DNA from: Pyrolobus fumarii 1A
Lineage (GTDB): Archaea > Thermoproteota > Thermoprotei_A > Sulfolobales > Pyrodictiaceae
Length of the DNA stretch: 32,000 nt
Assembly (NCBI RefSeq): GCF_000223395.1
Contig: NC_015931.1
Location: forward strand, 840,001 to 872,000
Direction of reading: 5' to 3'
In this document: in pieces, positions 17,029 to 24,473 of the stretch
Position numbering within the stretch: the first letter of the stretch is position 1
Layout of the letters: the number at the start of each line of letters is the position of its first letter
Notes under the pieces: model-generated
The model's input: the letters and a program-made list of their open reading frames with translations, nothing else
The model's database searches: none
What the model was told of the DNA's origin: nothing
Position numbers and translations under genes: made by a program

Positions 17029-17379
17029 ATGAAGCTCTTCGATGTGCTCCGTGTGCGAACAAGTAGTGACCGTGTTGCACGTGCAATAAGATTAGTCGCG
17101 CTTGATAGGGTAGCATATATAAGGGAGGCATATGGCGGTTTTGTTGCACTCGTGAACGGTGATAGTGGAGAAAAGCACATAGTGTACATATCGTATGATG
17201 CGAAGAAGTTCTCTTGTACGTGTATGGATTTTGTGAGATGGCGTAGACCGTGTAAGCACATCCTTGCTGCCGCTTACATAGTTGATAAGATGATAGTGGC
17301 TCAGACGAAACCTCCATCATCACAACTCAGAGAGAGTCGTGTTCATCATTGCTGCCAAGCTTCTCGCGTAGTCTTGTAA
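17029..17379 (+). CDS. Small SWIM zinc-finger protein
   Basis: CTCMDFVRWRRPCKH fits the SWIM CxCx(n)CxH signature. 116 aa. It is divergent from herA across about 41 bp. Its 3' end overlaps the GDPD gene and an sRNA on the opposite strand, so the C-terminal tail is uncertain. Confidence 0.6.
   Translation: MKLFDVLRVRTSSDRVARAIRLVALDRVAYIREAYGGFVALVNGDSGEKHIVYISYDAKKFSCTCMDFVRWRRPCKHILAAAYIVDKMIVAQTKPPSSQLRESRVHHCCQASRVVL
17301..17349 (-). ncRNA. Box C/D sRNA, canonical
   Basis: Minus-strand read: ATGATGA (C, 17349-17343), 12 nt ACACGACTCTCT, CTGA (D', 17330-17327, contains the GDPD TGA stop), GTT, GTGATGA (C', 17323-17317), 12 nt TGGAGGTTTCGT, CTGA (D, 17304-17301). All four boxes are consensus and the 12/3/12 spacing is the archaeal norm. 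Confidence 0.85.
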
Positions 17380-18109
17380 GCTTGGAGGGATAGTCCGTGG
17401 CTATACCTTCAACGCCACGCTTATAGAGCGTGATGGCTGTCATTTCGTCATTTACCGTCCACGCTATCACGCGCAGTCCAAGCCTATGAGCGAAGTTAAC
17501 AGCCTTCTCGGTTGCAAGGTTGTAACGTGGCAAGACTATACTAGCTCCAACCCTCTTAGCATCTAGAATCCTTCCCGGTGGACGTGCGTATATCAACCCG
17601 GTAACTAGCTTTGGGTTCAAACGCTTAGCGAGACGTAAAGCTTCGTCGTGGAAGCTTATTATTGCAATCCACTCTTCGAGGCCAGTAAGATGATCAACTA
17701 CGATACGCGTATCCTCCACATGTTTTATCTCTATAAGGGCTGGTATACGCCCTCGTATAGCCTCTAGAAACTCCGTTAAAGTGGCTAGCCTCTCACCATC
17801 AGGTAAAGTGACGCGTTGTATCTCGCTCCATGTGGATGATCTTACATTGATATCAATGCCTGCTATTCTCGTTAAACTCTCATCATGTAAAAGTATAGGA
17901 ACGCCGTCCTTAGTAACTTGCACATCTACCTCGACGATGTCAACACCAGCTTCTAGTGCGCGCTCTAGAGCAGATAATGTGTTCTCGAGTGCCTCGCCAG
18001 CTGCACACCTATGCCCTATCACGGCAAATGGTTTACGCGTGAGTGCTTTGAGCACCTTATTCAAGCCCAACACCGGTGTGACACTATCAAAACCTAGAAG
18101 AGGGGACAA
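17327..18109 (-). CDS. Glycerophosphodiester phosphodiesterase (GDPD family)
   Basis: VIGHRCAAGEALENTLSAL and VEVDVQVTKDGVPILLHD motifs (GDPD His/Glu/Asp catalytic region). The track start is a TTG at 18109. In-frame GTGs at 18073 and 18055 are alternatives. Confidence 0.88.
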   Translation of the reverse strand: MSPLLGFDSVTPVLGLNKVLKALTRKPFAVIGHRCAAGEALENTLSALERALEAGVDIVEVDVQVTKDGVPILLHDESLTRIAGIDINVRSSTWSEIQRVTLPDGERLATLTEFLEAIRGRIPALIEIKHVEDTRIVVDHLTGLEEWIAIISFHDEALRLAKRLNPKLVTGLIYARPPGRILDAKRVGASIVLPRYNLATEKAVNFAHRLGLRVIAWTVNDEMTAITLYKRGVEGIATDYPSKLTRLREKLGSNDEHDSL

Positions 18110-18123
18110 TATTGTACTGTATT

Positions 18124-18172
18124 TCAGCCGATCTCGGGTTCGTCACCAATCAGCGAACTCGGCAATCATCAC
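18124..18172 (-). ncRNA. Box C/D sRNA, canonical
   Basis: Minus-strand read: GTGATGA (C, 18172-18166), 12 nt TTGCCGAGTTCG, CTGA (D', 18153-18150), TTG, GTGACGA (C', 18146-18140), 12 nt ACCCGAGATCGG, CTGA (D, 18127-18124). It lies 15-70 nt upstream of the GDPD start on the same strand. Confidence 0.85.
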
Positions 18173-18186
18173 CAACTATGGTCATG

Positions 18187-18264
18187 GCGGCGGGGTCAAG
18201 TCGCGGTAATCTCTTCACCGCCTCCGGCTCTCCTGGGGGGCAAGTGTCTACATCCCCCGCCGCC
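18187..18264. other. GC-rich structured element closed by a 10-bp G/C-only stem
   Basis: GGCGGCGGGG (18187-18196) pairs perfectly with CCCCGCCGCC (18255-18264). Internal hairpins are GCGGT/ACCGC (9-nt loop) and GGGGG/CCCCC. No tRNA cloverleaf fits. It lies between two C/D sRNAs. Confidence 0.35.
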
Positions 18265-18310
18265 AATAGAAACTACGTACAACGCCGATTTAATTAGGAG
18301 TTATGAGGCC

Positions 18311-18359
18311 TCAGCGGCTACCATTATCCTCACTGCTCGGCAGCGGCTAAGTACATCAA
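18311..18359 (-). ncRNA. Candidate box C/D sRNA with degenerate C and D' boxes
   Basis: Minus-strand read: TTGATGT (C, 18359-18353), 12 nt ACTTAGCCGCTG, CCGA (D', 18340-18337), GCA, GTGAGGA (C', 18333-18327), 12 nt TAATGGTAGCCG, CTGA (D, 18314-18311). The 12/3/12 spacing is exact. A TATA-like GTTTTAG (18395-18389, minus strand) lies about 29 nt upstream of the C box. Confidence 0.4.
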
Positions 18360-18552
18360 CGGCCCCACAGAGGTAGCATGTAATCACACTAAAACTGTTG
18401 CTTTTCCGATAGTATAAGCTGTTGAAGCGTTTTCCGTGTTCCCTGGAGCAATGTGTTGGTGGCGGAGACGCGATTGTATCTACACCCGTGAACCAAGCGG
18501 GCAAAAGGTAAGCTTGCTCCTGGTGTCCCGGCGGCCCTTTGGTGTAGTGGTT

Positions 18553-18960
18553 ATGGAGGCGCGGGATGCAATCACGAGCATTGTCATTGTTTTATTGGGA
18601 GGAGGGCTAGGTGCAGTAGCTAGATGGAAGCTTTCAATGCTAGTTCAAGAGAAGTGTGGTTGCATGTTTCCTCTCGGAACACTAGTGGTCAACGTATTGG
18701 GTTCATTCCTTCTTGGATTCGTTCTAGGTGCTGCAAAATTCTATGGAGTGTTTACTCGCGAGCAGAGGCTCTTTCTAGCAACGGGTTTTGCAGGAGGCTT
18801 CACCACCTTCTCTACATTCTCCTACGAGACGTTCACACTTCTAAGCGAAATGCCGCTATACGCGGCGCTAAATATCGTGGCTAATGTATTAGCGGGTCTT
18901 GCCGCAGTATACCTTGGTATGGTTGCTGCAGGTGTACTCTATGGGCGCACGATGGGCTAG
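18553..18960 (+). CDS. crcB: Fluoride ion channel CrcB/FluC
   Basis: GGGLGAVARW, TLVVNVLGSFLLGF and GFAGGFTTFSTFSYET motifs across four TM segments. I trimmed the track ORF (18436) to the ATG at 18553. Confidence 0.9.
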   Translation: MEARDAITSIVIVLLGGGLGAVARWKLSMLVQEKCGCMFPLGTLVVNVLGSFLLGFVLGAAKFYGVFTREQRLFLATGFAGGFTTFSTFSYETFTLLSEMPLYAALNIVANVLAGLAAVYLGMVAAGVLYGRTMG

Positions 18961-19273
18961 GCTACGAATCTACATAGGGGAGCATGACAAGTATCAGGGC
19001 AAGCCCCTCTATATGCACTTGCTATACATGTTCAAGAAGCGGGGCGTGAAAGGGGCAACAGTATACCGTGGGATAGCGGGCTACGGGTCACACAGTCTCA
19101 TACACACCACGAGCATACTAAGACTCTCTGAGGATCTCCCCATAGTGGTGGAGGTAGTCGACGAGGAGCATGTTATAAACGAGCTCATCGAGGAGGTCAA
19201 GAAGGTGGTCAAAGAGGGTCTCATAACAGTCGAGCCGGTGCAAGTGGTGTTCTACGGGCATAGTGAAAAGTAA
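18941..19273 (+). CDS. DUF190 (UPF0166) PII-like protein, usual CrcB partner
   Basis: RLRIYIGEHDKYQGKPLYMHLLYMFKKRGVKGATVYRGIAGYG is typical of DUF190. The ATG at 18941 overlaps the crcB 3' end by 20 nt. Confidence 0.8.
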   Translation: MGARWARLRIYIGEHDKYQGKPLYMHLLYMFKKRGVKGATVYRGIAGYGSHSLIHTTSILRLSEDLPIVVEVVDEEHVINELIEEVKKVVKEGLITVEPVQVVFYGHSEK

Positions 19274-19354
19274 AAGAGTGATGCATGCAAGCGCCTCAGT
19301 AGAGCTCGTACAGACTATGTCCGCGGGTAACTTGTAGCGAGTGGTTGAGGAAGC

Positions 19355-19621
19355 ATGACAGGCGAGATCAGCGTGAAGTTCTATCCGTGCGGCTCTGTTA
19401 GACTAAGTAAGGATAGATGCACGGGCTGTGGAGACTGCGTTAAGTTATGTCCAGTGAACGCGTTGAAACTAGAAGATGGGACTGTGGTGCAGGTCGGTGT
19501 TTGCGTGGTTTGTTTGGGTTGCATGGCTGTCTGCAAGGAGAGAGCTATACAAGTGGATGTCGTAGAGTGCCCAGAGGAACTCGAGGTGGACGTTACGAGT
19601 AAAAATAATGTAAATGTGTAA
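19355..19621 (+). CDS. 2x[4Fe-4S] ferredoxin-domain protein
   Basis: Two clusters, CTGCGDCVKLCP and CVVCLGCMAVCK. 88 aa. Confidence 0.8.
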   Translation: MTGEISVKFYPCGSVRLSKDRCTGCGDCVKLCPVNALKLEDGTVVQVGVCVVCLGCMAVCKERAIQVDVVECPEELEVDVTSKNNVNV

Positions 19622-19627
19622 CGCAGA

Positions 19628-20308
19628 TTATTGCAGGTCGCCCTTGTGATACTTTTCTCGTATCTCGTCTGGTGCGATAAGCCTGGCGCCCCTGCTTGCC
19701 TCGTGCCTCTTCTTGAGCTCGCGCTCCTTCTGCTTCTTCTTCCACTTGTACTTGATGGTGCCACGTAGGCCTCTGCTCTTGCGCAGACCGCGCATCTTCT
19801 TGCCAGCGCTCGTGAGGCCGCGGAATACTCTGCCGCGGTGCTTCGGGCTGCATATCCAGCCCAGCTCGTGATCGCGGCATATAGCGGGGTGGTGCGGGTC
19901 GACTAGTATGACCTCGTACCACTTGTATAGACCATCCTCGCCCACATAGTAGCTGTTGAGCACCTCAAGGTTCGGATATTTACGGGCGGCTCTCTCCTCT
20001 GCTATCAACCTAGTAGACTTTGCAGGCGCATAACCATAGACACCCATCCTCTTAGGTCTCCTACCCTTGTTGGGCCTTGGGCGGTTTAGGCCGCCCTTCC
20101 TGACCCTAACCCTCACGACGATTATCCCAGGCTTGGCCTTATAGCCGAGTGCACGCGCACGGTCGAGCCTCGTAGGCTTGTCAATCCTTACAACGCTCGG
20201 CTCGCGCCTCCACTGGAGTAGCCTCTGCTTCCACAGCCTTGCTAGCTCCGGGTCGTCCCATCGCTTCTTCCACATCTCGCGTAGATAGTGGTACAGTCCG
20301 TGCGCCAC
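19628..20308 (-). CDS. rpl15e: 50S ribosomal protein L15e
   Basis: The [16 protein letters not shown]-terminus and the basic core ([19 protein letters not shown]...) are typical of eL15. It has a Lys-rich C-terminal extension of about 30 aa. Confidence 0.92.
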   Translation of the reverse strand: MAHGLYHYLREMWKKRWDDPELARLWKQRLLQWRREPSVVRIDKPTRLDRARALGYKAKPGIIVVRVRVRKGGLNRPRPNKGRRPKRMGVYGYAPAKSTRLIAEERAARKYPNLEVLNSYYVGEDGLYKWYEVILVDPHHPAICRDHELGWICSPKHRGRVFRGLTSAGKKMRGLRKSRGLRGTIKYKWKKKQKERELKKRHEASRGARLIAPDEIREKYHKGDLQ

Positions 20309-20383
20309 TTTTCACCAGCCCGATGCTTGCACGCGAACTAGTAGCCTCTTAAAACTAACCAGTGGGTCGCCAATCACGAGCAT

Positions 20384-20941
20384 ATGGTGGCGAGCATTTT
20401 GGCCTGCAATAGATCCTACGTGGAGAGCCTCTGCGGCGGAAAAGTGTTGCTGATAGGCACCGGGTGTAACTGTATACCAGAGCTAGTCAAGAAATACCAC
20501 GTTGATGTTGTGATAGGGTTGTTTGAGAGTTGGGAGTGTGACATACCCGGTAGACTAGTAACTTACCATTTGCCGGTAAGGGACTTCAGCGTTGAGCCGT
20601 TGTTCAACGTGGTCACGGCTGTCAAGCTGGCAGCCAGGCACCTGGCTCGGGGAGAATCAGTTCTTATTGCGTGTAGAGGCGGGTGTGGCCGTACAGGCAC
20701 AGTCATAAGCCTATTCAACATAGTATATCGGTGCATGGGATATCGTGATGCAGTCGACCACTATGTTAGGCTAAGAGGATGTGGCCCAGAGACGCCAGAC
20801 CAGCATAGCCTGCTCTACAAGGCATCCGAGATAGCGGCTAATGCAGGTTGCGAGCCCCTTATCGGCAAGGATGCGTGTCGGAAGCCCAGCAGTTATGACC
20901 CGGATTTCGTGCTTGAGGCGATCCTGGAATACGTGTTTTGA
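20384..20941 (+). CDS. Cys-based protein phosphatase (dual-specificity/PTP-like)
   Basis: CX5R active-site loop IACRGGCGRTGTV. 185 aa. Confidence 0.72.
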   Translation: MVASILACNRSYVESLCGGKVLLIGTGCNCIPELVKKYHVDVVIGLFESWECDIPGRLVTYHLPVRDFSVEPLFNVVTAVKLAARHLARGESVLIACRGGCGRTGTVISLFNIVYRCMGYRDAVDHYVRLRGCGPETPDQHSLLYKASEIAANAGCEPLIGKDACRKPSSYDPDFVLEAILEYVF

Positions 20942-20968
20942 GTTGGAGCGCCGGTTATAGGGCGGGGT

Positions 20969-21793
20969 TTGCTACCCGAAACCAATGTGGATAGTGCGGC
21001 GGCAAGGTGTTCGATAGTGTACGGCGTCTGGAGCAACCCGATAGCCTATCACACGGGCAAGCTGTTGAGCATAGTCGCGAGCCTCCCGGATAATGAGTAC
21101 ATTGAGAACGTCAGAGTGATACTCGAGGGCGGTGATGCCGAGATGATTTCGCTGCACTGGGCTGTCTTCAACACTCTGGTTTACAACTGGGCTAGGTTCG
21201 AGGAGGACTGTCGCGGCAGAAGGAGATGCAAGATATCCGATTATCTCCCGGAGGGCGTCGACCCAAGACAAGCGTCATCATTCTTCAACGATGAGACAAG
21301 ACGTGTCATAGTCCAGGCTTGTGTGGATCTTGCGCCCGACTGGGTTATACCATCGTGGGTCAAGTGGGTGGCGGGCCGCTACGGTATCGATCTTAGTGTG
21401 CTTCGTGGCTTATCATGGGGCGAGTTGCTAGGCAGGCTTGCAGACTACTCGGTGTATGTTTGGGGGCTCCGGGGGCTCACAGCTAGCTATATGGAGTTCT
21501 TCCAGATGGAAGGTATGGAGTATGCCCTGGTTGTAGTGTCGCACGTCCACTGGGAGATCGTGGAAGCGACAGCTGAGCCGCTCGAGGCGGCGTTAGAGCC
21601 GATACGTAGGAGGTTCAGCGTTACACTGGAAGAGGTCCGGAAGGCTTCATTCGAGGCGGGGCTGCGTTTTGCTGAGAGCGAGGGGAGAAGCAGGCTGGGC
21701 CTCCGCGAGGTATCCGAAAGAGCTGTTAGGAGACTTCGCGAGGCTCTAGTGGAAACTCTTGAGGAGGTACGGGAGGCGAAGAAAGACTCGTAA
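20969..21793 (+). CDS. Hypothetical protein
   Basis: 274-aa ORF with coding-like composition and an acidic/Arg-rich helical C-terminus. I recognise no motif. TTG or GTG start. Confidence 0.45.
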   Translation: MLPETNVDSAAARCSIVYGVWSNPIAYHTGKLLSIVASLPDNEYIENVRVILEGGDAEMISLHWAVFNTLVYNWARFEEDCRGRRRCKISDYLPEGVDPRQASSFFNDETRRVIVQACVDLAPDWVIPSWVKWVAGRYGIDLSVLRGLSWGELLGRLADYSVYVWGLRGLTASYMEFFQMEGMEYALVVVSHVHWEIVEATAEPLEAALEPIRRRFSVTLEEVRKASFEAGLRFAESEGRSRLGLREVSERAVRRLREALVETLEEVREAKKDS

Positions 21794-21826
21794 AAGGGTC
21801 CTTGTTGCGAACTACGGGGCAAGGAC

Positions 21827-22939
21827 GTGTCAATTGCTCGCGAGATGAAGAAGCTAGTAGAGGAATATGACCAAAACAAGCTACACATAGGCGTAGTTGC
21901 TAGTCATAGTGCGCTCGATGTGCTGTGGGGTGTCAAAAGGCTAGGCTTTCGTACTCTTGCCATAGCTGAGAGGCGTAGACTCGAACCATATCGTAGACTT
22001 GTTGGTAAAGTGATAGACGAGTTGATAGTTGTAGATCGTTACGCCGATATGTTGGATGAGAGTATACAGGAGAGGCTTCGCTCGCTCAACACGATAATAG
22101 TGCCTAATCGCAGCTTTGCGGTCTATCTCGGGTATGACAACATCGAAAAGAAGTTGCGCGTGCCGATATTTGGGAATAGGTTCTTGCTTCGATGGGAGGA
22201 GCGTAAAGGCGAGAAAAACTACTACAAGCTTCTCGATGATGCTGGTGTACGGCGCCCCAAGGTGTACAATAGCGTAGAAGAGGTTGACAGACCCGTTTTA
22301 GTCAAGCTGCCGGAGGCCGCTAGGAGGGTGGAGAGGGCATTCTTCGTGGCTAGGGATAGGGAGGATCTTGAGAGAAAGTTGCAGGAACTAATGGAGAAGG
22401 GGATTATCGACGATAAATCGCTGGAGGAGATGGTTATAGAGGAGTTTGTTGACGGCGCCCACTTCAACGTGAACTTCTTCTATAGTGTTGTTCGCGGTGA
22501 ACTCGAGCTCTACAGTATTGACAGAAGGTTGCAAACTAACATAGACGACATCAACAGGTGGCCTGCATGGGTGCAGGAGAGGCTAGAGGGTGTAATAATC
22601 GAGCGCATGATAGAAGTTGGCCACATCCCAGTGACAATACGCGAGAGTATGTTAGCCAAGGTGTTCCCGCTCGCGGAGCGTGTAGTCGAGGCCGCTAGGA
22701 AACTAGAACCTCCGGGTATAATTGGGCCCTTCACGCTTCAACTAATAGTGACGCCGAACCTCGACGTCGTTGTATATGATGTTGCGTTGCGTGTAGGCGG
22801 AGGTACTAACAGCGTAATGGCTTGGGGCGGGCAGTATATACACCTTTGGCATGGAAAACCGTTAACACTAGGAGAGCGTATTGCCTTGGAGATACGCGAG
22901 GCTATCCGAGATGGACGGCTACCCGACATCGTAACTTGA
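21827..22939 (+). CDS. purP: FAICAR synthetase (5-formaminoimidazole-4-carboxamide ribonucleotide synthetase)
   Basis: IGVVASHSALDVLWGVKRLGF N-terminal domain plus an ATP-grasp-like C-terminal half, with the length typical of archaeal PurP. The start is the GTG at 21827 or the ATG at 21845. Confidence 0.82.
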   Translation: MSIAREMKKLVEEYDQNKLHIGVVASHSALDVLWGVKRLGFRTLAIAERRRLEPYRRLVGKVIDELIVVDRYADMLDESIQERLRSLNTIIVPNRSFAVYLGYDNIEKKLRVPIFGNRFLLRWEERKGEKNYYKLLDDAGVRRPKVYNSVEEVDRPVLVKLPEAARRVERAFFVARDREDLERKLQELMEKGIIDDKSLEEMVIEEFVDGAHFNVNFFYSVVRGELELYSIDRRLQTNIDDINRWPAWVQERLEGVIIERMIEVGHIPVTIRESMLAKVFPLAERVVEAARKLEPPGIIGPFTLQLIVTPNLDVVVYDVALRVGGGTNSVMAWGGQYIHLWHGKPLTLGERIALEIREAIRDGRLPDIVT

Positions 22940-22987
22940 TTGCAGAGTTGTACCTTAAGCCGGGTTTTTGCATCCTCACATGCGTGT

Positions 22988-24355
22988 ATGGGGTTGACAG
23001 TGACGAGGGTATACATAGAGACCTATGGTTGTGCGCTTAACCATGCTGACTCGGCGATAATGTCGTCGGTGCTAGCGTCAAGAGGCTACACCATAGTCGA
23101 TAGTATAGAGGATGCTGATGTAATCATAATCAATACTTGTACCGTGAGGCTAGACACTGAACAGAGGATGGTCAAGAGGATTAAGGAGGTGTGGCGGAAG
23201 TACGGTAAATCAAAGAGGATTGTGATAGCTGGGTGTTTAGCCAAGGCGCAGCCGTATCTCGTGAAACGTGTGGCTCCAGGGGCAGTTCTAGTATCACCTG
23301 GCAACGTTCATCGTATCTACTTGGCGGTTGAGAGTGGTACTGAGCTCCTTGTTGAGGATCCCTTGGAGCGTAAGAGGCTCCCACCTAGGCCTTGGAAGCA
23401 TGGTGTTGTAGCCGAGGTTGTTATCCAGGAAGGTTGCCTCAGCGACTGTGCATTCTGTATAACGAAGTTTGCGAGAAGATACCTGCGCAGCCAGCCTATC
23501 GAAGAGATAGTAGACTATGTCAAGAAGCTTGTAGAGGCAGGTGTTGTTGAAATAAGGTTAACCGGGCAGGATACGGCAACTTACGGTGTTGACATCTACG
23601 GGAAGCGTATGCTACCAAAGCTACTAGAGGAGATTGCTAGTGTTGTCGAGAGCCCCGACGGATGCAAGGCATACGTACGCGTCGGGATGATGAGCCCAGA
23701 TCAGGCGCTACCCTTCTGGGACGAACTGCTGGACATCATGAGTCATCCCTGTATCTTCAAGTTCCTACACATACCTGTGCAATCTGGAGACGATAGAGTG
23801 CTGCGTGTGATGCGAAGAGAGTACACTGTTGACGAGTATCGGAGGATGGTATACGAGGCTCGCTCAAAGCTACCTGGCGTAACTATAGCTACAGACATCA
23901 TCGTTGGGCACCCGGGTGAGGATGAAGAGGCATTCGAGAACACGGTTAGGCTGGTGGAGGAGCTCCTATTCGAGAGGGTTCACCTTGCACAGTATACGCC
24001 AAGGCCAAGGACCTTGGCGGCGCGTTTGCCCCAGGTTCCTGACCCAGTGAAGAAGGAGAGAAGTAGGAGGCTGCAGCGTGTAATAGAAGATGTTGGTTAT
24101 CGGGTGCACGCATCATACGTGGGAGCTAACGCGCTACTTGTGGTTACGGAGGAGGGTAGTGAAGGTACGCTAGTTGCGAGGACCCACAATTACATGCAGG
24201 TGATTCTGCCGCCGGGCTCGGCGAACCTAGGCTCGACCATAGAGGCGAAGATAGTAGGTGCGACCTGGTATGATCTCAGGGCAGTGCCCGTAGGCATGGA
24301 TCTGGGTGCAGTAAGCGTGGTAGAGCAACGTGAGCATGGCTACTGTAGAGTCTAG
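22988..24355 (+). CDS. Radical SAM methylthiotransferase, archaeal MiaB/MtaB (CDKAL1-like)
   Basis: UPF0004 N-domain (VYIETYGCALNHADS), radical SAM CLSDCAFC (CxxxCxxC), and a C-terminal TRAM-like region. I trimmed the track ORF (22940) to the ATG at 22988. Confidence 0.88.
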   Translation: MGLTVTRVYIETYGCALNHADSAIMSSVLASRGYTIVDSIEDADVIIINTCTVRLDTEQRMVKRIKEVWRKYGKSKRIVIAGCLAKAQPYLVKRVAPGAVLVSPGNVHRIYLAVESGTELLVEDPLERKRLPPRPWKHGVVAEVVIQEGCLSDCAFCITKFARRYLRSQPIEEIVDYVKKLVEAGVVEIRLTGQDTATYGVDIYGKRMLPKLLEEIASVVESPDGCKAYVRVGMMSPDQALPFWDELLDIMSHPCIFKFLHIPVQSGDDRVLRVMRREYTVDEYRRMVYEARSKLPGVTIATDIIVGHPGEDEEAFENTVRLVEELLFERVHLAQYTPRPRTLAARLPQVPDPVKKERSRRLQRVIEDVGYRVHASYVGANALLVVTEEGSEGTLVARTHNYMQVILPPGSANLGSTIEAKIVGATWYDLRAVPVGMDLGAVSVVEQREHGYCRV

Positions 24356-24473
24356 GTCCTAAATGGTGAGTAGTGGATTGTTTGCTACGTGCATTAACAT
24401 GGTAAGGTAATGTTGTGGTTGTAGACCGTAACGGTATAGGGAGTCGCCTCTCCAACTAGATTTGGCGGTCACT

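Noticed and set aside
18187-18264. The 78-nt element with a 7+ bp terminal stem considered as a tRNA gene on either strand
   Set aside because: The 17 nt preceding the 3' stem strand cannot form a 5-bp T-stem with a 7-nt loop. No GTTCRA-type loop and no D-arm is present. It is kept only as an unclassified structured element.
18400-18552. Possible fluoride riboswitch in the long spacer upstream of crcB
   Set aside because: None of the conserved crcB-motif elements (GAUGG, CUGAUGA, CCUAC pseudoknot partners) are present on the plus strand. This was not confirmed by a covariance search.
18527-18600. tRNA-like string GGTGTAGTGGTTATGG resembling a D-arm
   Set aside because: No acceptor stem, anticodon stem or T-arm can be paired around it. 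It overlaps the crcB start region, and the resemblance is coincidental.
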